Part shown: piece by piece, positions 30,001 to 41,700 of the stretch
Numbering within the stretch: position 1 is the stretch's first letter
How the letters are laid out: each line of letters opens with the position of its first letter
Notes under the pieces: model-generated
Seen by the model: the letters and a program-made list of their open reading frames with translations, nothing else
The model's database searches: none
What the model was told of the DNA's origin: nothing
Translations under genes and position numbers: made by a program
Assembly: GCA_964016885.1 (NCBI GenBank)
Contig: OZ024743.1
Coordinates: forward strand, 51,398,001-51,462,000
Direction: 5' to 3'
DNA: 64,000 nt
DNA from: Eledone cirrhosa
Lineage: Eukaryota

Positions 30001-33000
30001 GATAAATGGGAACAATTGAAAGCCAATCTATAAGCCAACCCCCTATTGTGTCTGATAAATGGCAACAATTGAAAGCCAGTCTATAAGCCAACCCCCTATT
30101 GTGTCTGATAAATGGGAACAATTGAAAGCAAGTCTATAAGCCAAACCCCTATTGTGTCTGATAAATGGCAACAATTGAAAGCCAGTCTATAAGCCAACCC
30201 CCTATTGTGTCTGATAAATGGGAAGAATTGAAAGCCAGTCTATAAACCAACCCCTATTGTGTCTGATAAATGGGAACAATTGAAAGCCAGTCTATAAGCC
30301 AACCCCCTATTGTGTCTGATAAATGGCAACAATTGAAAGCCAGTCTATAAGCCAACCCCCTATTGTGTCTGATAAATGGCAACAATTGAAAGCCAGTCTA
30401 TAAGCCAACCCCCTATTGTGTCTGATAAATGGCAACAATTGAAAGCCAGTCTATAAGCCAACCCCCTATTGTGTCTGATAAATGGGAACAATTGAAAGCC
30501 AGTCTATAAGCCAACCCCCTATTGTGTCTGATAAATGGCAACAATTGAAAGCCAGTCTATAAGCCAACTCCCTATTGTGTCTGATAAATGGCAACAATTG
30601 AAAGCCCGTCTATAAGCCAATCCCCTATTGTGTGATAAATGGCAACAATTGAAAGCCAGTCTATAAGCCAACCCCCTATTGTGTCTGATAAATGGGAACA
30701 ATTGAAAGCCAGTCTATAAGCCAACCCCCTATTGTGTCTGATAAATGGGAAGAATTGAAAGCCAGTCTATAAACCAACCCCTATTGTGTCTGATAAATGG
30801 GAACAATTGAAAGCCAGTCTATAAGCCAACCCCCTATTGTGTCTGATAAATGGCAACAATTGAAAGCCAGTCTATAAGCCAACCCCCTATTGTGTCTGAT
30901 AAATGGCAACAATTGAAAGCCAGTCTATAAGCCAACCCCCTATTGTGTCTGATAAATGGCAACAATTGAAAGCCAGTCTATAAGCCAACCCCCTATTGTG
31001 TCTGATAAATGGGAACAATTGAAAGCCAGTCTATAAGCCAACCCCCTATTGTGTCTGATAAATGGCAACAATTGAAAGCCAGTCTATAAGCCAACTCCCT
31101 ATTGTGTCTGATAAATGGCAACAATTGAAAGCCAGTCTATAAGCCAACCCCCTATTGTGTCTGATAAATGGGAACAATTGAAAGCCAGTCTATATGCCAA
31201 CCCCCTATTGTGTCTGATAAATGGGAAGAATTGAAAGCCAGTCTATAAACCAACCCCTATTGTGTCTGATAAATGGGAACAATTGAAAGCCAGTCTATAA
31301 GCCAACCCCCTATTGTGTCTGATAAATGTCAACAATTGAAAGCCAGTCTATAAGCCAACCCCCTATTGTGTCTGATAAATGGGAACAATTGAAAGCCAGT
31401 CTATAAGCCAACCCCCTATTGTGTCTGATAAATGGCAACAATTGAAAGCCAGTCTATAAGCCAACCCCCTATTGTGTCTGATAAATGGGAACAATTGAAA
31501 GCCAGTCTATAAGCCAACCCCCTATTGTGTCTGATAAATGGGAACAATTGAAAGCCAGTCTATAAGCCAACCCCCTATTGTGTCTGATAAATGGCAACAA
31601 TTGAAAGCCAGTCTATAAGCCAACCCCCTATTGTGTCTGATAAATGGCAACAATTGAAAGCCAGTCTATAAGCCAACCCCCTATTGTGTCTGATAAATGG
31701 GAACAATTGAAAGCCAGTCTATAAGCCAACCCCCTATTGTGTCTGATAAATGGCAACAATTGAAAGCCAGTCTATAAGCCAACCCCCTATTGTGTCTGAT
31801 AAATGGCAACAATTGAAAGCCAGTCTATAAGCCAACCCCCTATTGTCTGATAAATGGGAACAATTGAAAGCCAGTCTATAAGCCAACCCCCTATTGTGTC
31901 TGATAAATGGCAACAATTGAAAGCCAGTCTATAAGCCAACCCCCTATTGTGTCTGATAAATGGCAACAATTGAAAGCCAGTCTATAAGCCAACCCCCTAT
32001 TGTGTCTGATAAATGGGAACAATTGAAAGCCAGTCTATAAGCCAACCCTCTATTGTGTCTGATAAATGGGAACAATTGAAAGCCAGTCTATAAGCCAACC
32101 CCCTATTGTGTCTGATAAATGGGAACAATTGAAAGCCAGTCTATAAGCCAACCCCCTATTGTGTCTGATAAATGGCAACAATTGAAAGCCAGTCTATAAG
32201 CGAACCCCCTATTGTGTCTGATAAATGGCAACAATTGAAAGCCAGTCTATAAGCCAACCCCCTGTTGTGTCTGATAAATGGCAACAATTGAAAGCCAGTC
32301 TATAAGCCAACGCCCTATTGTGTCTGATAAATGGCAACAATTGAAAGCCAGTCTATAAGCCAACCCCCTATTGTGTCTGATAAATGGCGACAATTGAAAG
32401 CCAGTCTATAAGCCAACCCCCTATTGTGTCTCATAAATGGCAACAATTGAAAGCCAGTCTATAAGCCAACCCCCTATTGTGTCTGATAAATGGGAACAAT
32501 TGAAAGCCAGTCTATAAGCCAACCCCCTATTGTGTCTGATAAATGGGAACAATTGAAAGCCAGTCTGTAAGCCAATCCCCTATTGTGTCTGATAAATAGC
32601 AACAATTGAAAGCCAGTCTATAAGCCAACCCCCTACTGTGTCTGATAAATAGCAACAATTGAAAGCCAGTCTATAAGCCGACTCCTTATTGTGTCTGATA
32701 AATGGCAACAATTGAAAGCCAGTCTATAAGCCAACCCCCTATTGTGTCTGATAAATGGGAACAATTGAAAGCCAGTCTATAAGCCAACCCCCTATTGTGT
32801 CTGATAAATGGGAACAATTGAAAGCCAGTCTATAAGCCAACCCCCTATTGTGTCTGATAAATGGGAAGAATTGAAAGCCAGTCTATAAACCAACCCCTAT
32901 TGTGTCTGATAAATGGGAACAATTGAAAGCCAGTCTATAAGCCAACCCCCTATTGTGTCTGATAAATGGCAACAATTGAAAGCCAGTCTATAAGCCAACC

Positions 33001-36000
33001 CCCTATTGTGTCTGATAAATGGCAACAATTGAAAGCCAGTCTATAAGCCAACCCCCTATTGTGTCTGATAAATGGCAACAATTGAAAGCCAGTCTATAAG
33101 CCAACCCCCTATTGTGTCTGATAAATGGGAACAATTGAAAGCCAGTCTATAAGCCAACCCCCTATTGTGTCTGATAAATGGCAACAATTGAAAGCCAGTC
33201 TATAAGCCAACTCCCTATTGTGTCTGATAAATGGCAACAATTGAAAGCCAGTCTATAAGCCAACCCCCTATTGTGTCTGATAAATGTCAACAATTGAAAG
33301 CCGGTCTATAAGCCAACCCCCTATTGTGTCTGATAAATGGGAACAATTGAAAGCCAGTCTATAAGCCAACCCCCTATTGTGTCTGATAAATGGCAACAAT
33401 TGAAAGCCAGTCTATAAGCCAACCCCCTATTGTGTCTGATAAATGGGAACAATTGAAAGCCAGTCTATAAGCCAACCCCCTATTGTGTCTGATAAATGGG
33501 AACAATTGAAAGCCAGTCTATAAGCCAACCCCCTATTGTGTCTGATAAATGGCAACAATTGAAAGCCAGTCTATAAGCCAAACCCCTATTGTGTCTGATA
33601 AATGGCAACAATTGAAAGCCAGTCTATAAGCCAACTCCCTATTGTGTCTGATAAATGGCAACAATTGAAAGCCAGTCTATAAGCCAACCCCCTATTGTGT
33701 CTGATAAATGGCAACAATTGAAAGCCAGTCTATAAGCCAACCCCCTATTGTGTCTGATAAATGGGAACAATTGAAAGCCAGTCTATAAGCCAACCCCCTA
33801 TTGTGTCTGATAAATCGCAAAAATTGAAAGCCAGTCTATAAGCCAACCCCCTATTGTGTCTGATAAATGGCAACAATTGAAAGCCAGTCTATAAGCCAAT
33901 CCCCTATTGTCTGATAAATGGGAACAATTGAAAGCCAGTCTATAAGCCAACCCCCTATTGTGTCTGATAAATGGGAACAATTGACAGCCAGTCTATAAGC
34001 CAACCCTCTATTGTGTCTGATAAATGGGAACAATTGAAAGCCAGTCTATAAGCCAACCCCCTATTGTGTCTGATAAATGGGAACAATTGAAAGCCAGTCT
34101 ATAAGCCAACCCCCTATTGTGTCTGATAAATGGGAACAATTGAAAGCCAGTCTATAAGCCAACCCTCTATTGTGTCTGATAAATGGGAACAATTGAAAGC
34201 CAGTCTATAAGCCAACCCCCTATTGTGTCTGATAAATGGGAACAATTGAAAGCCAGTCTATAAGCCAACCCCCTATTGTGTCTGATAAATGGGAACAATT
34301 GAAAGCCAGTCTATAAGCCAACCCCCTATTGTGTCTGATAAATGGCAACAATTGAAAGCCAGTCTATAAGCCAACCCCCTATTGTCTGATAAATGGGAAC
34401 AATTGAAAGCCAGTCTATAAGCCAACCCCCTATTGTGTCTGATAAATGGGAACAATTGAAAGCCAGTCTATAAGCCAACCCTCTATTGTGTCTGATAAAT
34501 GGGAACAATTGAAAGCCAGTCTATAAGCCAACCCCCTATTGTGTCTGATAAATGGGAACAATTGAAAGCCAGTCTATAAGCCAACCCCCTATTGTGTCTG
34601 ATAAATGGGAACAATTGAAAGCCAGTCTATAAGCCAACCCTCTATTGTGTCTGATAAATGGCAACAATTGAAAGCCAGTCTATAAGCCAACCCCCTATTG
34701 TCTGATAAATGGGAACAATTGAAAGCCAGTCTATAAGCCAACCCCCTATTGTGTCTGATAAATGGGAACAATTGAAAGCCAGTCTATAAGCCAACCCTCT
34801 ATTGTGTCTGATAAATGGGAACAATTGAAAGCCAGTCTATAAGCCAACCCCCTATTGTGTCTGATAAATGGGAACAATTGAAAGCCAGTCTATAAGCCAA
34901 CCCCCTATTGTGTCTGATAAATGGCAACAATTGAAAGCCAGTCTATAAGCGAACCCCCTATTGTGTCTGATAAATGGCAACAATTGAAAGCCAGTCTATA
35001 AGCCAACGCCCTATTGTGTCTGATAAATGGCAACAATTGAAAGCCAGTCTATAAGCCAACCCCCTATTGTGTCTGATAAATGGCGACAATTGAAAGCCAG
35101 TCTATAAGCCAACCCCCTATTGTGTCTGATAAATGGCAACAATTGAAAGCCAGTCTATAAGCCAACCCCCTATTGTGTCTGATAAATGGGAACAATTGAA
35201 AGCCAGTCTATAAGCCAACCCCCTATTGTGTCTGATAAATGGGAACAATTGAAAGCCAGTCTGTAAGCCAACCCCTTATTGTGTCTGATAAATAGCAACA
35301 ATTGAAAGCCAGTCTATAAGCCAACCCCCTATTGTGTCTGATAAATGGCAACAATTGAAAGCCAGTCTATAAGCCGACTCCTTATTGTGTCTGATAAATG
35401 GCAACAATTGAAAGCCAGTCTATAAGCCAACCCCCTATTGTGTCTGATAAATGGGAACAATTGAAAGCCAGTCTATAAGCCAACCCCCTATTGTGTCTGA
35501 TAAATGGGAACAATTGAAAGCCAGTCTATAAGCCAACCCCTATTGTGTCTGATAAATGGCAACAATTGAAAGCCAGTCTATAAGCCAACCCCCTATTGTG
35601 TCTGATAAATGGGAACAATTGAAAGCCAGTCTATAAGCCAACTCCCTATTGTGTCTGATAAATGGCAACAATTGAAAGCCAGTCTATAAGCCAACCCCCT
35701 ATTGTGTCTGATAAATGGCAACAATTGAAAGCCAGTCTATAAGCCAACACCCTATTGTGTCTGATAAATGGGAACAATTGAAAGCCAGTCTATAAGCCAA
35801 CTCCCTATTGTGTCTGATAAATGGCAACAATTGAAAGCCAGTCTATAAGCCAACCCCCTATTGTGTCTGATAAATGGGAACAATTGAAAGCCAGTCTATA
35901 AGCCAACCCCGTATTGTGTCTGATAAATGGCAACAATTGAAAGCCAGTCTATAAGCCAACTCCCTATTGTGTCTGATAAATGGCAACAATTGAAAGCCAG

Positions 36001-36171
36001 TCTATAAGCCAACTCCCTATTGTGTCTGATAAATGGGAACAATTGAAAGCCAGTCTATAAGCCAACCCCCTATTGTGTCTGATAAATGGGAACAATTGAA
36101 AGCCAGTCTATAAGCCAACTCCCTATTGTGTCTGATAAATGGGAACAATTGAAAGCCAGTCTATAAGCCAA
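1..36171. repeat. 53-bp tandem satellite array (~680 monomers), open at the window start
   Basis: Monomer CCTATTGTGTCTGATAAATGG(G/C)AACAATTGAAAGCCAGTCTATAAGCCAACCC repeats head-to-tail without interruption. Common variants: 51 bp (TG deletion), 52 bp (C-run -1), CCCCC>CTCCC. It ends abruptly at ...ctataagcca|atgtag. Confidence 0.99.
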
Positions 36172-36268
36172 TGTAGTTGATCAACATATGTACAGATGAC
36201 ATGAATATGAAATATATTCAGGAAGTTTTAATATTTTGACGTTTAAAATGTTTTAAGTGTCATTTATA

Positions 36269-36430
36269 GGCGGCGAAGTGGCAGAGCCATTAAAACGTTG
36301 GGTAGAATGCTTTACGGTATCTGTCCCACCTTATTGTGTGCTATGAGTTCAAATTCCACAGGGGTCAACTTTGCCTTTCATCCTTTCAAGGTCGATAAAA
36401 AAAGTACCAGTGCAGTACTGGGGCTGACTC
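36269..36430 (+). mobile_element. tRNA-derived SINE, decayed
   Basis: GGCGGCGAAGTGGCAGA head, B-box-like GAGTTCAAATTCC, body 'ctttgcctttcatcc...gtcgataaaa..gtaccagt'. Same family as 40305-40590 and 55477-55840. Confidence 0.8.
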
Positions 36431-37211
36431 TTCCTCTATAGGAAAAATCAGCTATGTTCAGACTTGGAGAGGGTTGGGTTCTGCAAGGTTTAAAAGTGCG
36501 CTAGACACACCATATAACAGTGCCTCTACAACTCCACAAGGGGTTATGGGATCTTTATCCTTTATAAGTGTCATTTAGAATACAGTTTTCATTTCACAAC
36601 TCCATTGTGAAATGAGTTTCCATTTAGTTCCAACAAATTTCTCAAATTTTTTATTTACTTCTGGCCAATCATATGCTAGGAGTACTTTGAAAGCAAGAGA
36701 TCGAATAAGAAAACTTTGTATAGGGATTGATAGAGTAGAAGAGGGTGAGAGCCAGCAAATGACAGAAAGGGGAGGTAGAGCGAGAAAATGAAAGAATGAG
36801 CAGCGAGAGCTATAAAATAAAATCTAAAGTAAGATTGAAAGAAAAAGTATTATTAATTCAGAGAAAAATATGTATGTGCGTGTGCATATGTGCATGGCTG
36901 TATGTGCGCGTATGCATGTATAGGGGGTATTTATGTATTAAAAAGTTCAAATTATCATAATATAATAAAGTGAGGAATTGAATAAATAATGAATATTGCA
37001 TAATTTATGTATTCAATTTCGTAGCTGTTGATTAAAGAATAAATATTCTTATATATTTAAGATTCACTTCTTTAAAAATTTTCAAATCTCAATACTTCCG
37101 GTTATGATATAACAGACGTTATATTATAACACTTATATAAACGTTCATATATTTGCATCTTTATATCATAACGTTTATATTGCGTATAATATCAATATGC
37201 CCACTATACAC

Positions 37212-37250
37212 ACTAGTAGAAAACCACCGGAAGGGTGGTTTTCTGCTAGT
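37212..37250. repeat. Short hairpin ending in CTAG|T, possible Helitron 3' terminus remnant
   Basis: actagtagaaaaccacc-ggaag-ggtggttttctgctagt. A hairpin followed by CTAG then T fits the Helitron end rule. Confidence 0.4.
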
Positions 37251-37641
37251 AAATATAATATTTGTAAAAAATATTTTCAAAGGAATGCATGAATAGCACC
37301 AATGATGATGTAAATGTAGTGGTTCATTGTAAAATAATCACTACAGATATTTTAGTACCTTATTTATGTAGAATTTGAAGTTAGTGAAAATCAGCAAAAT
37401 ATTGACCTCGAATATAAGCCGACCCCACCATTTTACCATTGATCTTTTGGTCACATATTTCTTGGCTTATATTCAAGTATATATGGTATATAGAATTATG
37501 TTGCAAGATTTTAACTTAAATAGGAACCCTATAAAATGGGTGGTTTTGTTTCATGGAACCAGAGGCAGTTTTAGCCAGGCTGGTATAAAAAAAGTAAATA
37601 AATGAAAATATGTTTAAAATGATGCTACAAATAATACATAC

Positions 37642-37705
37642 TGTTTGATAATATCAGAAATAACACAAGCATATATAAGGAGACCTTCAGGGAACTGGAG
37701 AGCAA
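37642..37705 (-). CDS. DPH1: DPH1 coding exon 4 (VALQFPEGLLIYACVISDIIK+CA)
   Basis: TTTTTCTTCCAG acceptor, GTATGT donor, in phase with exon 3. Matches DPH1 VALQxPEGLLxxACxIxDI. Not in the ORF track. Later exons (GDVTYGACC...) are not seen in the window. Confidence 0.95.
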
Positions 37706-37789
37706 CTGGAAGAAAAAATAAAGGCATTCATGAGGAATAGGTAATCAATGTGTTAAAACATTTATGACAATAAATAAATGTTGGAACTC

Positions 37790-38040
37790 CATTGGTTCCA
37801 ATAACGAGAGTTCAAGTTGATTGAATCAATGGAGGAGTCTGCTCATGAAATTAATGAGTGATTAAACATTCCACAGACACTTAATTCTCAGGGACTGGCC
37901 CTTTGAATTACAGGTACAACTCATTTTTGCCAGCTGACTGGACTGGAGCAACATGAAATAAAGTGTCTTGCTCAAGAACATAACATGCCACAGAGAATTA
38001 TCAATCAAACAACCTAACCACTAGGCCACACACCTTCAAA
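37790..38040 (-). mobile_element. tRNA-derived SINE remnant in DPH1 intron 3
   Basis: Reverse complement of the 53536 family ('ttgagcaagacactttatttcatgttgctccagt'). A related body is at ~39890-40100. Confidence 0.65.
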
Positions 38041-38197
38041 AACAAATAAAGATATAGACACACACACACACATACCTGATGGGCTTCTGTCTACCAAATT
38101 CCACTCACAAAGTGTTAGATAACCTAGGCATATAAAAGACGTCTTGCAGTGGTAATGAACCTAAAGCTATGTGGTTTCAAAGTAAATTCCAACTCAC

Positions 38198-38267
38198 CCC
38201 TCTTAGATTCAGTGCTTCGGATTCTCCAAATAGATTTATAAATTTCAAAATTGTAATTCTTTGGAAG
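38198..38267 (-). CDS. DPH1: DPH1 coding exon 3 (LPKNYNFEIYKSIWRIRSTESKR+G)
   Basis: TTTTACCAG acceptor, GTGAGT donor. Matches the hallmark DPH1 motif LPxNYNFEIxKTIWRI. Confidence 0.95.
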
Positions 38268-38840
38268 CTGGTAAAAGATTATAAAAAAAAACAACAAATA
38301 AATAAAAATCATCATCATCATCGTCATCAGATTAAAAATCAAAGTTTTGTCATGGGATTCTTCCCACTGAAGCAAGATTGTCATGGGTGCCTCAACATAG
38401 TGAGTTTTATGTCAATACTGTCCTAATGGAGTGAGGACAGTATTGGTTTGAGCATGGTTTCTACTGCTAGATGCCATTTCTAAAGCTAACCAATGTACTG
38501 GGTGCATCTTATTGTGGCACCAGTACTAGAGAAATTTTCATATCCTTGATGTGATTGAAAAGCTTTCCCTACCCTATGTTGTTACTAGTTGAATACCAAT
38601 GACTCAACAGAGTGTACCAAAGAGATATAGTGGCACCAACACTACAGAGGTCATCTTGTACAAATGTACTAACTAAAGGTTTTACATATATTTTGATATT
38701 TTCTTTTTATATGTGTTTGTATTAAATTGAAGCACAAGGGCAGATTTGAATGTTTGTAGGAGTCAAATGAAATAAACTATGACAAATAATTTAGCATGAC
38801 CACAGTCCATTGATTGAAACCAATAAGAAAAGTTATTTAC

Positions 38841-38917
38841 TTCATCAATAGCAGCTTGTAGTTGAGGATCTTTGAGGATTTCATCTGGTATCTTATTAGC
38901 TACACGTCTCTTCCCAG
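38841..38917 (-). CDS. DPH1: DPH1 coding exon 2 (AGKRRVANKIPDEILKDPQLQAAIDE)
   Basis: TTTCAG acceptor, GTAAAT donor. The peptide matches the DPH1 motif RVANQIPxEILxNPQLQAAI recalled from the human protein. Confidence 0.93.
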
Positions 38918-39048
38918 CTGAAATACAAACATAGAGTATAAATAAAGAGCAGTAAGACATAAGAAATATAACTGTACAGAGTGGAGATATATATATAGAG
39001 AGAGACAGACTATATATATATATAGACCATATATATATATACATTTTT

Positions 39049-39219
39049 ATTTTATTTCTTCTTGTCTCTTTCTCTGCACATGCGTGTGTGTATAATGTTT
39101 GGTGTTTGTGTTCGTGTGTTTTTGTATTCTATCTTTGTTCAACACAAACACAAACACCAAATATTATACACACATGTAAACGCATGCGCAGAGACAGAGA
39201 CAAGAAGAAACAAATAAAT
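39049..39219. repeat. Imperfect long inverted repeat
   Basis: ttcttcttgtctctttctctgcacatgcgt/gtgtgtataatgtttggtgtttgtgtt pairs with aacacaaacaccaaatattatacacac/acgcatgcgcagagacagagacaagaagaa. Confidence 0.85.
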
Positions 39220-39278
39220 AGATGAAATAAAAATGGCGTAGACAATACAATACAACAGGAGGAAACATAATAGTACCA

Positions 39279-39306
39279 CTGATGATGTTGCAGATGTGCA
39301 ACGAAA
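39279..39306 (+). ncRNA. Hammerhead-ribozyme-like core (degenerate)
   Basis: CTGATGA-t-GTTGCA-gatg-TGCAAC-GAAA: both core boxes and a perfect 6-bp stem II. Stem III and the cleavage site are not evident. Confidence 0.5.
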
Positions 39307-39331
39307 AAACTTTGATAGACTATATATATAT

Positions 39332-39548
39332 ATTTATATCTGTATTTTTAACCGTTGGTCAATCAATGATAAACATTGATTGCCAAATAAATTAACTATA
39401 AAAGATACAGAAGCGAAAACCAACCAAACAGTGAGTGTGTTCTGTTATTATTTCTGGCAATATTATTACAACAATATGACCCTCCTCAAGTATAACAGTA
39501 TTTGTTTCGACACACGATTTCATATCAAAAACCTTGCAAAACAAATAT
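39332..39548 (+). repeat. Dispersed repeat, also present as an inverted pair at 53205-53522
   Basis: Shared 'atttatatctgtattttt...gtgagtgtgttctgttattatttctggcaata...caagtataaca' sequence. Confidence 0.85.
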
Positions 39549-39594
39549 ATATAGTCTCTCTCTCTATATATATATATAGTCTATATATAGATAG

Positions 39595-39775
39595 ACTGCA
39601 TAGTGGTAAAGTTGGTGACATGAAAAATAAAGCACCCAGTCTACCCTGTAAGGTGGTCATACTGGTGACATGAGAAAAAAAGCACCCAGTCCACACTGTA
39701 AAGTGGTTGTGTTGGTTACACAACAAAAAGTGCCCAGTCCACCCTGTAAGGTGGTCATGTTGCTGACATGACAAA
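39595..39775 (+). repeat. ~52-bp tandem units derived from a SINE body
   Basis: 3-4 copies of 'aaaagcacccagtccacactgtaaagtgg...tgacatga'. A related run is at ~49620-49830. Confidence 0.7.
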
Positions 39776-40304
39776 AATCACAGTTTGTCCTTTATAAGTT
39801 TGCAGGTAATGCTCTACATTAGTAACAACAGCAACAATAATGATGATGATGATTAATAATAGGGATTTCTAAATTTGAATAGATAATGGAGTCACCTGAA
39901 TCAATGGAATGGACCTTCATCAGTTGGGACGATGAGTGTTCCATTTGTTTGATATATGGTTCACTCTGCTCACAAAATTAACAAACATGTAAGTGGCTGA
40001 GCATTCCACAGACCTGTGTACTCATAACATAATTTTCAGGGATTTTCAGCATAACACAGTGTGTGACATGGCTGGCCCTAGGAATTTATAAGTACAGTCT
40101 CTCAGATGGGCTTCCAAACAGTTTCTGTGTATCCAATTTCACTCACAAGGAATGAGTTGACCTGAGGCTATGGTAAATGAAACTTGCCCAAGATGCCACA
40201 CAATGGGATTGAACTCAGGACTTAATGATTGTGAAGCAAACCTCATCACCATTCTGCTATGCTGCATCCACAACTGAATCAACACCACAACAGTAAGTAT
40301 AATA

Positions 40305-40590
40305 GTAATTGTTTCTACTTTAGGCACAAAGCCAGCAATTACCCAGTGCATTACTGGTACTTTATTTTATCGACCCCGTAAGGATGAAAGGCAAAGTCAA
40401 CCTCGGCGGGATTTGAACTCAGTAAGTATAATAATAATGGTTTCTAATTCAGGCACAAGGCCAGTAAATTAGGGAAGGGGTTGGCCTATTAAATTGGCCC
40501 CAGTACAAGACTGGTACTTTATTTTATTGATCCCAGAAGGATGAAATGCAAAGTTGACCTCAGCAGGATTTGAATTCAGAACATAAAGAC
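40305..40590 (-). mobile_element. Two tandem SINE copies; the left one is young, 5'-truncated and has a TSD
   Basis: 40305-40422 is the near-identical reverse complement of ~55549-55665. It is flanked by 'cagtaagtataata' at 40291-40304 and 40420-40433. Confidence 0.8.
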
Positions 40591-40680
40591 TCATAAAGAC
40601 TAACGACTCATAACTAAATTCCACAAGTCTGATGCTCTACCAATTCTGTTTAACAATCATTTTTTAATTATTTGTTGACA

Positions 40681-41262
40681 TAATGGTGTTTAGGACTGTA
40701 GAAGGATATAATGGTGTTTATGACTGTACGAGGAGAAAATGGTGTTTAGGACTGTAGAAGGATATAATGGTGTTTAGGACTGTACTAGGATATAATGGTG
40801 TTTATGACTGTACTAGGATATAATGGTGTGGTGTTTATGACTGTACGAGGATATAATGGTGTTTAGGACTGTAAAGGACTTAATGGTGTTTAGGACTATA
40901 CTAGGATATAATGGTGTTTAGGACTATACTAGGATATAATGGTGTTTAGGACTGTAGAAGGATATAATGGTGTTTAGGACTGTAGAAGGACTTAATGGTG
41001 TTTAGGACTGTAGAAGGATATAATGGTGTTTAGGACTATACTAGGATATAATGACATTTAGGACGGTACTAGGATATAATGGTGTTTAGGACTGTACAAG
41101 GACTTAATGGTGTTTAGGACTGTACTACGATATAATGACGTTTAGGACGGTACAAGGACTTAATGGTGTTTAGGACTGTACCAGCATATAATGGTGTTTA
41201 GGACTTACCAGGACATAATGGTGTTTAGGACTGTACATAATGGTGTTTAAGACTGTACAAGG
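40681..41262. repeat. 28-bp minisatellite (~20 copies)
   Basis: Unit TAATGGTGTTTAGGACTGTAGAAGGATA with variants. Confidence 0.97.
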
Positions 41263-41461
41263 ACAAGAAGATACAACCACAGCCAATTTGGTTGTGTAAA
41301 ATGAAATAACAAAAACAATGAGAAAGGAATTGTCATTAAATAGTGAGCAGTGGGGACAGCTATCAGTCAAGGACACCCTACAAAACATGATTCACCCTGA
41401 CCACCATCGGTAAAGGCTCTCTTAACTAACAGCTCTTGGATCTCCATAATAATAATAATAA

Positions 41462-41700
41462 TGACACAAGAATAAAAGATAAAGAAAAAAAAATTGTGAA
41501 AGTATGGAAGGGTGAAGTACATAAGGTAATACTGTTACCAATAATTATAGGAGCACTAGGATGTATTACAGGTAATCCTTCGAAAACTTTGCAACAAATT
41601 AGATTTGATCTTGGCATAGAACCTGTGCAAAACGTAGGCCTCCTTGGCACTACCAAGATAATCAGAAAAATGATGGCTACCACCTAGAAAACCAGAAAGT
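41462..41700 (+). mobile_element. R4/Dong-like non-LTR retrotransposon 3' fragment
   Basis: Peptide KEKKIVK...LPIIIGALG...GLLGTTKIIRK resembles the C-terminus after the restriction-like endonuclease. It starts directly after a (TAA)n run. Confidence 0.65.

Noticed and set aside
1535-34824. Dozens of 60-94 aa minus-strand ORFs (…GGWLIDWLSIVPIYQT…)
   Set aside because: They are translations of the satellite. They appear only where 51-bp monomers skip the regular stop codon, and they start at TTG.
1-36171. CRISPR array interpretation of the repeat
   Set aside because: Contiguous monomers with no unique spacers, no cas genes, and a eukaryotic spliced-gene context.
1-36171. Satellite peptide LIDWLSI resembling the DPH1 C-terminal motif RLSIDWG
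   Set aside because: Only a few shuffled residues match, with no colinearity or splice signals; most likely coincidence.
40681-41262. 28-bp repeat as CRISPR-like direct repeats
   Set aside because: No spacers; an ordinary minisatellite.
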